A DNA stretch of 63,845 nucleotides, counting the filler, from Acidimicrobiia bacterium (lineage in GTDB: Bacteria; Actinomycetota; Acidimicrobiia; Spongiisociales; JAENVV01), in the NCBI GenBank assembly GCA_041577335.1. It is 4 parts of 4 records of this genome, joined end to end, with 100 filler letters (N's around TTAATTAATTAA, not from the genome) between each part and the next. Parts side by side here need not be neighbours in the genome. Positions count along the whole stretch, not along the records: positions 1 to 19,651 come from JBFGJH010000066.1; positions 19,752 to 38,582 come from JBFGJH010000067.1; 2 more parts are not named here. One strand, written 5' to 3'. Each line of letters opens with the position of its first letter. The first letter of the stretch is position 1. Made by a program: the position numbers and the translations under genes. A model generated the notes under the pieces. That model saw nothing but the letters and a program-made list of their open reading frames with translations. It made no database searches and was not told the DNA's origin. Of the stretch, positions 10,361 to 19,753 are shown piece by piece.

Positions 10361-10474
10361 AGGCCAACTATGGCAGTTGGCGCCGGCGGTGTTCGCCCTA
10401 TCCGCCGCTCTGACGGGCATGGTCTGCCGTCGGACAGCTACCCGCTATCGGGAGAACGGCTGCGCACAGTCGTC

Positions 10475-10765
10475 TCAGACAGTGGTGTGCTTGCGCTCCT
10501 CTTCCAGGTATTCCTGGGTCTTGCGCTCCTCGAGCTGGCGCCCATCTACGAAGTACGCCAGGGCATGGAACGCCAATGCAAATCCCCAGAACACAGTGAT
10601 CCACGGCGACCAGTTGATGCCGCCGGCGCCGGCGCCGTCGAGGATCCAGAAGAATGCGTTGATTATGACGAAGGCACCGGCGTGCCAAATGAGGCCTGAG
10701 AGGTACTTGGCTCGTTTCTGCGCACGCTCTTGGGGGGTCAACGCTTTGGTTTGCGCCACAGCCAC
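10475..10765 (-). CDS. 2TM domain-containing membrane protein
   Basis: R...GLIWH...FVIIN, W...WG..LAFH and a charged C-terminus; AAAGGAA before GTG 10765. Confidence 0.75.
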   Translation of the reverse strand: MAVAQTKALTPQERAQKRAKYLSGLIWHAGAFVIINAFFWILDGAGAGGINWSPWITVFWGFALAFHALAYFVDGRQLEERKTQEYLEEERKHTTV

Positions 10766-10816
10766 TTCCTTTCGGTTGACCACTCACCAGTGTCCCGCCA
10801 TGAAACCGCCTTGCCC

Positions 10817-10832
10817 AGGGCCGATAGGCCCA
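10817..10832. promoter_or_regulatory. DosR/OsdR-like palindromic box
   Basis: AGGGCCGATAGGCCCA lies between the divergent 2TM and GGDEF genes and matches AGGGCCGATCGGCCCT at 14/16 positions. Confidence 0.45.
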
Positions 10833-10977
10833 GTCCCGAAGGGCAGATCGCAGAGCACCGGGGTCACCGAGTCGAGACAGCTCCGGTGAGAATACGTCGC
10901 TCGCTCGTGCGGCTGCCGGGCGAGGCCTGACCCGGTGCCACTGCTGTGTCGGGCTCGAGCCGTAGGATGCCGTCAAT

Positions 10978-11850
10978 ATGGAAGGCTCCTTCCTCGCCAA
11001 GTTGGGTCCGGCTGTCGTTTCCCAGAGGCCGTCGCTCGTCGCAGCGGAAGCTGCGATCCTGACAGTGGCGATCGGCGCGGCCGATGTGGCCACAGGCTCC
11101 GAGTTGTCATTCTCGATCTTCTATTTGCTGCCGATCACGCTCGTCGCGTGGGCGATGAATCTGCGCTGGGCGCTCGTCAACGCACTGGCTGCGTCGGTGG
11201 TCTGGTTCTGGGCGGATCGGTGGTCGGGAACGGCGTACGCCAACTCGCTGCTTCCTTTTTGGAATGCTGCCATTCGTCTGGGGTATTTCGTGCTGTTCGC
11301 CGTTCTGTTCTCGCGCCTGCGCAGGTCCCTCGACGTAGAGCGGAATCTTTCTCGGCGAGATCATCTCACCGGAGCCTTCAATCGGAGGGCATTCGAGGAG
11401 CTCGCCCAGCGAGAGGTGGATCGGTCGAAGCGCTACGGGCGACCGATTTCGCTCGCTTTCATGGATTTGGACAATTTCAAGGCGATCAACGATCAATACG
11501 GCCATGACAAGGGCGACGAGCTACTAGCAGTGGTCGCATCGACGTTGGTGGGCACCGTGCGGAACTCCGACATTGTTGCTCGTATCGGCGGCGACGAGTT
11601 CGCCATCGTGATGCCTGAGACGTCCGCCGAACAGGCTCATGCTGCGTTGGAAAAGACCCGCACCGCTGTGAGCGACCGGATGGCCGAGCACGCATGGAAG
11701 GTGACTTTTTCGATCGGCGTGGTGTCCACGACCGAAGGTGCTTCCCAGCTCTCGCTATTGATGGCCGAGGCGGACGACCTGATGTACGAGGCGAAGAGAG
11801 CAGGAAAGGACCGGATCGTAGCCGGACGTCACGAAGGCGCTGTCAGCTGA
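10978..11850 (+). CDS. Membrane-bound diguanylate cyclase (GGDEF)
   Basis: Hydrophobic N-terminus; DHLTG, DLDNFKAINDQYGH, RxxD I-site (RNSD) and intact GGDEF. Confidence 0.93.
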   Translation: MEGSFLAKLGPAVVSQRPSLVAAEAAILTVAIGAADVATGSELSFSIFYLLPITLVAWAMNLRWALVNALAASVVWFWADRWSGTAYANSLLPFWNAAIRLGYFVLFAVLFSRLRRSLDVERNLSRRDHLTGAFNRRAFEELAQREVDRSKRYGRPISLAFMDLDNFKAINDQYGHDKGDELLAVVASTLVGTVRNSDIVARIGGDEFAIVMPETSAEQAHAALEKTRTAVSDRMAEHAWKVTFSIGVVSTTEGASQLSLLMAEADDLMYEAKRAGKDRIVAGRHEGAVS

Positions 11851-11869
11851 AAATGCCATCTCGATGCGG

Positions 11870-12838
11870 CTACATCGTGACGATGACCTTCCCTTGGGCG
11901 TGACCGGTGCCGTAGTGAGCGAGCGCTTGTGCGGTCTCGCTGAGCGGATACGCCCTGTCGATGACAGGCGTGACTTTGCCGGCTTCGATGAGCTCTCGGA
12001 GGTAGTCGAGGTCCTCGGGCTTGCCCACCGCCAGGAACGGCCGGAGCCGGTGGCTCACGAACGGCGATAGCGCAGCCGATTTCACGACGCGGGCCACGCC
12101 GCCGATCCAGCGCCCTCCGGCGGCGCTGCTCGGCAGGTACGTGCCCCGAGGAGTGAGCGCCTGCCGGCACTCTGAGATCGAACGGTTGCCCACGTTGTCG
12201 AGAACGACGTCGTACTTCGCGGCGCCCTTCGTGAAGTCCTCCCGCGTGTAGTCGATCACATGATCGGCGCCGAGCGAGCGGACCAGCTCAACGTTGGCGG
12301 TGCTGCACACGCCGGTCACCTCTGCTCCCAGCACCTTGGCGATCTGGACCGCGAATGTGCCGACACCGCCGGAGGCGCCGTTGATGAGGACCTTTTGGCC
12401 CGGCTTCACCTTGCCGTGATCACGTAGCCCTTGGAGGGCCGTGACCCCGACGAGGGGGACCGCAGCAGCTTGCTCAAACGTGAGGTTGGCGGGCTTGACG
12501 GCCAACGTCGCTTCCGGAACACACGTGTATTCGGCAAATCCTCCGTGAGAGGTCTCGGCGAATACCTCGTCGCCGGACCTGTATTTGGTCACGCCGGCGC
12601 CGACTGTTTCCACCTGCCCTGCCACCACACTGCCCAGCACGGGGTTGCGTGGTGTCACGAGCCCGGCGCCGGGACGCATGATGAAAGGTTCGCCCGTGAG
12701 CCAGAACAAGTCCACGGGACTGACGGCCGCGGCGCGAATCCGCACCAAGACTTCGTCGTCTTTTGGAATCGGCTTTGGGATATCCTCGAGCTGAACGACC
12801 TCGGGCGGGCCAAATCGGTGGTACACCGCGGCCTTCAT
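11870..12838 (-). CDS. NAD(P)-dependent MDR oxidoreductase (quinone reductase/ADH-like, no Zn ligands seen)
   Basis: MKAAVYHRFGPPEV, INGASGGVG, VIDRAYPL; start could extend to 12919. Confidence 0.88.
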   Translation of the reverse strand: MKAAVYHRFGPPEVVQLEDIPKPIPKDDEVLVRIRAAAVSPVDLFWLTGEPFIMRPGAGLVTPRNPVLGSVVAGQVETVGAGVTKYRSGDEVFAETSHGGFAEYTCVPEATLAVKPANLTFEQAAAVPLVGVTALQGLRDHGKVKPGQKVLINGASGGVGTFAVQIAKVLGAEVTGVCSTANVELVRSLGADHVIDYTREDFTKGAAKYDVVLDNVGNRSISECRQALTPRGTYLPSSAAGGRWIGGVARVVKSAALSPFVSHRLRPFLAVGKPEDLDYLRELIEAGKVTPVIDRAYPLSETAQALAHYGTGHAQGKVIVTM

Positions 12839-13067
12839 GGTGTCGGCCTTCGTTGTAGGTTCTCGAGGCGACGGTTGCGCGTCGACTTGTGACACGTGGT
12901 CCTCCTCACTGTTGACCAACCCATTCTTGGGCCTGGTTGGAGGGGCGTCGAGAGTCGTTCGGCCCGAAGAAGGTCGATTTCACGCTTGCGACCCGCTCCG
13001 CAGGTCGACGGGTGGTGGCCTCAGGCTCGTACAAACGAATTCGCGAAGGGGCGCACGGCTCGCGTGG

Positions 13068-13083
13068 CGGGTCGTTCGCCCCT
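13068..13083. promoter_or_regulatory. DosR/OsdR-like box upstream of the ABC exporter
   Basis: CGGGTCGTTCGCCCCT fits GGGNCNNNNGNCCC; a related AGAGTCGTTCGGCCCG sits at 12951-12966 in the same divergent spacer. Confidence 0.35.
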
Positions 13084-13137
13084 AGAAGGTCTCTGGCCGA
13101 GCCGGTAACAAGAGGTGACGGCAGTCAGGAGAAACTG

Positions 13138-14079
13138 ATGAATTCCGGCCAGCCAGCTGGTGCTGCCATCGAGATGTCCGGCCTCACCAGGGATTTTGGT
13201 GATTTTCGGGCGGTCGATGGCCTGAATCTGAGCATCGGACAAGGAGAGCTGTTTTCGATTCTCGGCCCGAATGGCGCCGGCAAGACGACGACCATCAAGA
13301 TGCTGTGTTGCCTTCTGAGGCCGACGAGCGGGACCGCAACGATCATGGGTTACGACATCGGGCGGGAGCCGCTGGCCGTGAAGAAGGTCATCGACGTATC
13401 GCCTCAGGAAACAGCGATCGCCGAGCACCTCAACGCCTGGGAGAACCTCAGCCTGATGGCCGGCCTCCACGGCTTCGGAAGGAAGGAAACCAAGGCGAGG
13501 TCCGAAGAGCTGGTGGACATGATGGCTCTCTCGGATCGGGCGAATGAGCGGGTGAAGAAGTATTCCGGCGGCATGAAGCGCCGGCTGAGTATCGCCATGG
13601 CCCTCGTTTCGAATCCCGAAGTTCTCTTTCTCGACGAGCCAACCATCGGACTCGATCCTCAGTCGAGACGGGGGATGTGGGAGCACATCGCCGGCCTCAA
13701 GGGCGGAACAACCATCGTGCTCACGACCCACTACCTCGAAGAGGCCGATGCCCTGGCGGACCGGGTCGCTGTGATCGACACCGGCAAGGTCCTCGCTCTG
13801 GGAACTCCCGACGAGCTCAAGGGCAGGGTCTCCGGTGGTCACGTCACGGTGATCGAAGCGCAAGATTTCACTGATGAGGCCTTTGCGGCGCTTTCGCAGA
13901 TCTACCCCAGTGTGCGGTCGGTCGATGGCGGAGTGGAGATCGAAGCTGAGGATGTGAGCCTCTACGACGTACAAGATGTGCTGCGACCCCTCGGGGTGGT
14001 GGTCCAGTCCACGTACAGAAAGCAGGTAACGCTCGACGACGTGTTCTTGGATCTCACAGGAAAGGAGATCCGCCAATGA
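13138..14079 (+). CDS. ABC exporter ATP-binding protein (DrrA-like)
   Basis: Walker A GPNGAGKTT, signature YSGGM, Walker B LFLDEPT, H-loop TTHY; AGGAG before ATG 13138. Confidence 0.93.
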   Translation: MNSGQPAGAAIEMSGLTRDFGDFRAVDGLNLSIGQGELFSILGPNGAGKTTTIKMLCCLLRPTSGTATIMGYDIGREPLAVKKVIDVSPQETAIAEHLNAWENLSLMAGLHGFGRKETKARSEELVDMMALSDRANERVKKYSGGMKRRLSIAMALVSNPEVLFLDEPTIGLDPQSRRGMWEHIAGLKGGTTIVLTTHYLEEADALADRVAVIDTGKVLALGTPDELKGRVSGGHVTVIEAQDFTDEAFAALSQIYPSVRSVDGGVEIEAEDVSLYDVQDVLRPLGVVVQSTYRKQVTLDDVFLDLTGKEIRQ

Positions 14080-14798
14080 GGTCGAAAGAGCTGGCTCGAA
14101 GGAATCTCTTGGAGGTGTGGCGAGATCCCGTGGCATTGGGATTGACGATTGGCCTTCCCGTGATCATGCTGATTGTGCTGCAAGGGTTTGGTGGAGTCGA
14201 CGCCTTCTTCACCGCAACCAACTTGGCGCCGGGAATCGCCCTGTTCGGCTTTGTCATGCTGATGTTCAGCGCCGCCATGACGCTCAGCCGAGATAGGGAA
14301 AGCGCGTTGTTCTCGCGATTGCTGACGACGCCGCTCCACTCGAACGATTTCGCCACCGCCTACTCGTTGCCGTACCTGGGAGTGGCCATTGTCCAAGCGA
14401 TCGCGCTCTTCGCCATCGGTGGCCTGTTTGGCCTCGAGATCAATGGCAACGTGGGCCTGGTCGTGCTGATCCTGGTGATCATGGCCATCCAGTACATCGC
14501 CTTCGGGATGATCATGGGCTCGCTCTTCACCTTCAAGCAGGTGCCATTCGCCTACATGGTCATCCTCCTCTTGACCATCTTCGGAGGGGCGTGGATGGAC
14601 CTGAACGCCATCGGCGGCGTGTTCCAAACCGTAGGGGATGCGTTCCCGTTCGCCCATGCCATATACGCCATTCGAGACGTCATGGTGGACGGAGCCGACT
14701 TCGGTGCCGTTGCCGGCGACCTCACATGGGTGGTCGGCTACACCGTCGTGATCGCCGGCCTGGCCGTGCTGTCGTTCCGGCGCAGGATGTTGGAGTAG
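14076..14798 (+). CDS. ABC-2 type permease
   Basis: About six TM helices, RLLTTP motif, ATGA overlap with the ATPase gene. Confidence 0.9.
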   Translation: MRSKELARRNLLEVWRDPVALGLTIGLPVIMLIVLQGFGGVDAFFTATNLAPGIALFGFVMLMFSAAMTLSRDRESALFSRLLTTPLHSNDFATAYSLPYLGVAIVQAIALFAIGGLFGLEINGNVGLVVLILVIMAIQYIAFGMIMGSLFTFKQVPFAYMVILLLTIFGGAWMDLNAIGGVFQTVGDAFPFAHAIYAIRDVMVDGADFGAVAGDLTWVVGYTVVIAGLAVLSFRRRMLE

Positions 14799-14830
14799 CG
14801 GACTTATTCGGCGGGAGGTCGGCTGCTGTC

Positions 14831-15973
14831 CTAAGGGCTCAGGTCCACCCACGCATCGGTGGCCGGTTCGTAGGCCCACAACCCGTCGGTGTAGGTCGAC
14901 CGCGACGTTCCACCCCCGAACACGAAGACCTGGTCACGTGATCCGACGTAAACCATGTCATGCCACGCCAAGGGGCCTGATAATTCGTTGGCAGGCGCCA
15001 GTTGTATCTCGTTGGCGTCGAGGTCGTATAGCCAGGTGGCATTGCTCGGCTCTTCGGCTCCATCAAGGCCTCCGAAGACGATGATCCTGTCCATCGATGG
15101 GTGGTAGATAGCCTGGGTGTAGTCGGCTGCCTCGATCGCCGGCCCTTCGAGTGTTTGCTCCTCCCACGTATTGGTGTTGTAGTCGTATGCCCACAACATC
15201 GCCGCCATTGCGTCGTAGTTCATTCCGATGAGCACCACGCGGTCCGATTCAGCGTCGTACACCATTGCGTGGTAATTGGTAGGGGGCGGCTCCGACTCCG
15301 GCTCGAGCGGCTCCCAAACGTTGCTGTTGTAGTCGTACGCCCAGGTTTCCGGAGTCCATTTGAACTCGTCGCCCGCAAAACCAGCCCCACCAAAGGCAAT
15401 CGTACGATCCGACTCGCTGTCGTACGCCATGCCGGCGCCAAAACCGAGGGTCGGTTGGGGATCGGGTGCCAGATCAGCCCAGGAATTGGTGTTGGCGTCG
15501 TAGGCCCACGTGCCCACCTCGTCCTGCTCGAGTTCGGCTGCGGTCTGCAGATAGATGACTCGATCGGCGGCGGAGTCGTAGGCCACCGGCGAGGGCGAGT
15601 AGATTTGCTCGAAGGCAGACCGTTTGAGCACCGCAGGCGCCTCGATCTCAGACCACGCTGCTCCGGAAGGATCGAGTATCCACGCATCCCCGAGTGTGCT
15701 CATCGGATCCGCGCCAGTACTTCCACCTACCATCAAGATGATGTCGGACTCGGCGTCGTAGGCCAAGGCGTGGTATCCGCGTGCCGAAGGCGTAGCGGCT
15801 GCCGGTGCGGGAACCGACGTAGTGGCCGTTGCTTCGGCCAACGAAGCCGGGACATTTGTCGTGGTCGGCGCTTCGCTGGTTGCGTCAATGGCAGCAGTAT
15901 CGGCTCCGCCGCACGCTGTAAGAAGCACCAAGAATGCGATGACGGCGTACATAGACCGATGGTTCCGGATCAT
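14831..15973 (-). CDS. Kelch-repeat beta-propeller lipoprotein
   Basis: Lipobox LLTAC, Thr/Ala/Pro linker, repeated (A/V)YDxxxDR..FGG...TWAYDxNxNxW; GGGGGAAG RBS. Confidence 0.85.
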   Translation of the reverse strand: MIRNHRSMYAVIAFLVLLTACGGADTAAIDATSEAPTTTNVPASLAEATATTSVPAPAAATPSARGYHALAYDAESDIILMVGGSTGADPMSTLGDAWILDPSGAAWSEIEAPAVLKRSAFEQIYSPSPVAYDSAADRVIYLQTAAELEQDEVGTWAYDANTNSWADLAPDPQPTLGFGAGMAYDSESDRTIAFGGAGFAGDEFKWTPETWAYDYNSNVWEPLEPESEPPPTNYHAMVYDAESDRVVLIGMNYDAMAAMLWAYDYNTNTWEEQTLEGPAIEAADYTQAIYHPSMDRIIVFGGLDGAEEPSNATWLYDLDANEIQLAPANELSGPLAWHDMVYVGSRDQVFVFGGGTSRSTYTDGLWAYEPATDAWVDLSP

Positions 15974-16104
15974 GGCTTCCCCCTGAGTCGGCGTTCCGGT
16001 CCGCCGACTCGTATCGACACCGATCGCGAAGCCGCAGGACCGATATCCCACTGTGGCTCCGATACCCATGGGGCGCCAGGGTCCTATGCCCCATATGGGC
16101 GGGC

Positions 16105-16800
16105 CTAGCTGGTGTCGGCGCCAGCAGGCGTTGCCTCGGCGGCCGAGCCCCGCTTTGCCGCAAGGAGGTACGACACGCCGTTGGCTGCCCAGTGCGCGAG
16201 CATCGGCGCCAGGACGCTCGCCGACCTCAGGCGGAGCATGTCGAACCCGACGGCCGCGACCGCGGTGACACCGACTCCGCCGGCCACCGCTGCGATTCTG
16301 GTGCGGCGGTTCGAGACCCCGTTGATGTCGAGGGTCGTCAGCGTTGGCAAGACGTGCCACAGGCCGAACAGGCCGGCAGAACCCCATGACACCTGTTCCC
16401 TCGTTGGGCCATCCAGCACCGTCGGCAGCACGCTGCGAAAGGCGATCTCTTCGAGGACCACCGTGCCAAGCGGGATGCGCACCCGAGTCTCGAAGCGCAC
16501 GTCCTCAGGACGAACCCGCGCATCATCGAACAGCGGGCTGGTTGCGGGAATCCGCGACCCTACCCACGCACCTCCGCCCAACAACGTCGCCGCCCCGACA
16601 CCCCATGCGACCCCGGCCTTCCAGCGCTGTGGGCTCAAACCGAGCTGGTTCCAGGTTGCTCCCGATGCCCGAGCGAATGCTGTGAGAGCGCCGGCGACAG
16701 CGAGGTTGCCGACGACATACCGATGCGGCGGTATCAATCGGTTCACGATCACATTCCATGCCGCCAGCCCGCCGATGGTTGCGGTGATCTCCGAATTCAT
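16105..16800 (-). CDS. CPBP (Abi/CAAX) intramembrane glutamic endopeptidase
   Basis: EEIAFR, FGLWH and AHWAAN motifs. Confidence 0.9.
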   Translation of the reverse strand: MNSEITATIGGLAAWNVIVNRLIPPHRYVVGNLAVAGALTAFARASGATWNQLGLSPQRWKAGVAWGVGAATLLGGGAWVGSRIPATSPLFDDARVRPEDVRFETRVRIPLGTVVLEEIAFRSVLPTVLDGPTREQVSWGSAGLFGLWHVLPTLTTLDINGVSNRRTRIAAVAGGVGVTAVAAVGFDMLRLRSASVLAPMLAHWAANGVSYLLAAKRGSAAEATPAGADTS

Positions 16801-16923
16801 GGGTGCGATGGTACGCACCGGACAGGTTCAATTGCACCACCGCCACGGTGACACGGGTTCGGTGGACCTAGCGACACGCCGAACTGTCCGAAGCAGGTCC
16901 GGCGCCGCTTCCGCCGAGTACGG

Positions 16924-17571
16924 TTGAGGGCAAATCCCAGCGACCCGAAGGACCCGGCCTTGAAGCAAACCGGAGCCCCATCCTCCCTGCGGGCCGGCCT
17001 CGAGCGGGCTTTCGACTCGGTGGCCGAGTTCGCCAAGCTCGAACGAGTGTTGGCCTTTTTCTGCCTGTTCATTCCGGTGCTTTTGATCGCATTCGACGAT
17101 TGGTCGATCCGCGGCAGCATCAGCGACTACTACGACATGGTCCAGAACCAGATCTTCTACGTCCCGCTGACGATCGCGGCGATGCTATTCATCGTCAATG
17201 GCACCGTGAAGGAGCAACACCGCTACAACACGTACCTCGGGGTGGCGTTGACAGGTGTCCTCCTCTTCAACCAGGACGATGCCAGGTTGATCCACGTCGC
17301 GTCGGCAGTTGCGTTCTTCGCCGGAAACGCCGCCGTCATCTACTTCTTCTCCCGGGGAACGCCTCGCCGGTTCAAGCTGTACTTTCTGGCCGGCATAGCT
17401 ATGGCGATGGGCGCGTTTCTGGTCTTCGACTGGTTCACGCTGTTCTGGGCCGAGTGGCTGTCGTTTGCCCTCATCGCCGTTCACTACATTCTCGACTCGC
17501 TGGAGAAAGTGGACTACGAGGCCGCGCCTCGTCCCCAACCCGTCCACATCACGAAGAGACGAACTGAGTGA
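16924..17571 (+). CDS. Hypothetical membrane protein
   Basis: Several TM helices, SISDYY and IH..SA..FF motifs; start uncertain. Confidence 0.65.
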   Translation: MRANPSDPKDPALKQTGAPSSLRAGLERAFDSVAEFAKLERVLAFFCLFIPVLLIAFDDWSIRGSISDYYDMVQNQIFYVPLTIAAMLFIVNGTVKEQHRYNTYLGVALTGVLLFNQDDARLIHVASAVAFFAGNAAVIYFFSRGTPRRFKLYFLAGIAMAMGAFLVFDWFTLFWAEWLSFALIAVHYILDSLEKVDYEAAPRPQPVHITKRRTE

Positions 17572-17695
17572 TCTCGAGTGGGCGACAACGTCGCAATGGA
17601 GGGCGACCCGCCTCTGCCAGGTCGCCCTCCTTCAGCTGTCTTGCCTATTCCTGTCGATCGTCGGAGTACGGCTCGCATCCCCGAGCTAGTCGGCG

Positions 17696-18715
17696 CTAGG
17701 GGACCAATACCGCTCGGCCTTCGATCCCGCCTTTCTCGAGGCGTTCAAACACCTCGTTGATTTCGTCGAGTGGGTAGGTATGGGATGTGTCAGCCAGCTT
17801 GCCGGCCTGAGCCAACGCGATCACTTCGCTGAGCTCCGTGTGAGAGCCCCACGTGCTGCCCATGACCGTTGCCTCGCCTGCAATCCCCAAGAAGGAATAG
17901 GGAAGGCTTCCGCCTGCCAGCCCGACGATTGAGATCAAGCCCTGACGTCCCACCATCCCGATGGCTTGGGCGAGGGTGGTGTCGCTGCCGACGAAATCGA
18001 ACACCGCCTCTGCTCCTTGCCCGCCGGTGGCGGCCAGGATCTGTTCGATCGGGTCACCAGCGTTGGGATCGACGGTGGCGTCGGCCCCAAGCCGATCCGC
18101 CAACTGCCGCTTGGCAGGGTCCGTGTCGATGGCGACCACCTTGGCTGCTGTCATCTCTTTGAGGAATTGGAGCCCGTGGTGTCCGAGACCTCCCAGCCCG
18201 ATCACTACCGCGGTCGTGCCCGGTGTCAGCCTGGGGACCGCGCGTTTCACTGCCCGATACGGCGTGAGTCCGGCATCGGTCAATGGAGCCGCTTTGGCCG
18301 GGTCGAGATCCCCAAGGGGAAGCAGATGGCGGGTGGAGGGGACAACCATATATTCGGCATAGCCGCCGGGACGTCCGATCCCGCCCCACAACATGACGTT
18401 GCAGATCTGTTCATCGCCCTGAAGACAGAATCGGCAGTGTCCGCAGCCCCAGCCTCCGTAGACGGCAACGGCGTCACCGACATCGAATCCGGATGCGCCA
18501 GGTCCCAATGCCTCCACCCAGCCGGCGTTCTCATGGCCCATGATCCACGGCATCGACGGCAGCATCGGGATCTCGCCGCTCATGAGATGGAGGTCAGAGT
18601 GGCATGCGCCCGAACCTCCGATCTTGATCAATACTTCCCCGGGCCCCGGCTCGGGCGTGTCGACATCGTCGATCTGCAAGCGTGATCCATAATCGACCAA
18701 CAGTGCTGCTCTCAT
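17696..18715 (-). CDS. Zn-dependent NAD(P) alcohol dehydrogenase
   Basis: GACHSD, GHENAG, CGHCRFC...C, GLGGLG; GAGGAGG RBS. Confidence 0.93.
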   Translation of the reverse strand: MRAALLVDYGSRLQIDDVDTPEPGPGEVLIKIGGSGACHSDLHLMSGEIPMLPSMPWIMGHENAGWVEALGPGASGFDVGDAVAVYGGWGCGHCRFCLQGDEQICNVMLWGGIGRPGGYAEYMVVPSTRHLLPLGDLDPAKAAPLTDAGLTPYRAVKRAVPRLTPGTTAVVIGLGGLGHHGLQFLKEMTAAKVVAIDTDPAKRQLADRLGADATVDPNAGDPIEQILAATGGQGAEAVFDFVGSDTTLAQAIGMVGRQGLISIVGLAGGSLPYSFLGIAGEATVMGSTWGSHTELSEVIALAQAGKLADTSHTYPLDEINEVFERLEKGGIEGRAVLVP

Positions 18716-18824
18716 TGGGCACCTCCTCGCGTGGCGTGGAGCCAACGTACGCTCCACCCACGGCGATGGGCTAGGGCCTTTCGGCATAATCTGACTTCTG
18801 GACAGGAGATGTGTGCCGACCGGG

Positions 18825-19364
18825 CTACGTCTCCTGGACGCGCCGCTCTCTGATTCGTTCCATTGAACGATGGGCGGCTTTGCGAAGCCCCGTGACCGCG
18901 TTGAACGTAGAAGTCAATGCCCGGTCAGCTGTGGAGCCTTCCGTTGGAAGCATCCCAACTTGGCGGGCGAAACGCAGGCCGTCGTAATAGATGGTGTTGC
19001 GCCTCAAAAGGCCGTCTTTGAACTCGAGAACGGAGATGCCTCGGATCTCCAACTTCCGTCCCGTGGGTTTGACTCCCTGGAATGGGCCGCCTTCGAATGT
19101 GCCGGCGAGCGACCATTGCCCAACGGCGATGTTCTCGTCGACACTCAACATGCGATCAATGGCGAATTGCATGTCCGGGAAAGCGGTGAACAGCTCGGCC
19201 ATGAAGGCGGCCGCTGCCTCGTTGCCCCTGATTTCCTGCCCCACGACGATGTCGAGCACAACATCTTCGTGGGATAGCGTCCGGAGTGCGTCGACATCCT
19301 TGGCGCTCGTGGCTTCCAAGGTTCTTTGGGCGAGCGACCTGGCGTCCGCCGCGGTGGTGGTCAT
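18825..19364 (-). CDS. SnoaL-like ester cyclase / NTF2 fold protein
   Basis: AFPDMQF, GPFQGVKPTGRK, YYD; AAGGAGAGG RBS. Confidence 0.85.
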   Translation of the reverse strand: MTTTAADARSLAQRTLEATSAKDVDALRTLSHEDVVLDIVVGQEIRGNEAAAAFMAELFTAFPDMQFAIDRMLSVDENIAVGQWSLAGTFEGGPFQGVKPTGRKLEIRGISVLEFKDGLLRRNTIYYDGLRFARQVGMLPTEGSTADRALTSTFNAVTGLRKAAHRSMERIRERRVQET

Positions 19365-19538
19365 GCGAACCTCTCCTTTCATAGCATCGAGAAACCAATC
19401 GGGACGAGCCACGAGGGCGACCCGTCTCCGACAGGTCGGGCTAGACCGTGTCAGCCGGCTTGCCGGCTTGCGCCCATATCTACGCGAACGAGGGCTGCCC
19501 GCCCTCTGGCGGTGGCCCTCGTTCGTTGCTTATCGTTC

Positions 19539-19651
19539 CTACTCCTGCGGCAGTTCGATGACCGGGCCGAGCACGGCCCCTCCATCGATTATCCACTCGG
19601 ATCCAGTGCTGAAGGTGGCGTCGGCCGCCATGAACATCAGCAGCTTGGTGA
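19539..19651 (-). CDS. Short-chain dehydrogenase/reductase, C-terminal fragment (truncated by contig end)
   Basis: Manual translation ...LLMFMAADATFSTGSEWIIDGGAVLGPVIELPQE*, which has the SDR TG....DGG C-terminal motif. Confidence 0.7.
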
Positions 19652-19751
19652 NNNNNNNNNNNNNNNNNNNNNNNNNNNNNNNNNNNNNNNNNNNNTTAAT
19701 TAATTAANNNNNNNNNNNNNNNNNNNNNNNNNNNNNNNNNNNNNNNNNNNN
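19652..19751. other. Artificial contig-join spacer
   Basis: N-run flanking TTAATTAATTAA (stops in all six frames). Confidence 0.97.
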
Positions 19752-19753
19752 AG

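Noticed and set aside
19652..19751. TTAATTAATTAA motif occurring three times in the window
   Set aside because: It sits inside N-runs and is an artificial six-frame-stop linker; ORFs crossing it are artefacts.
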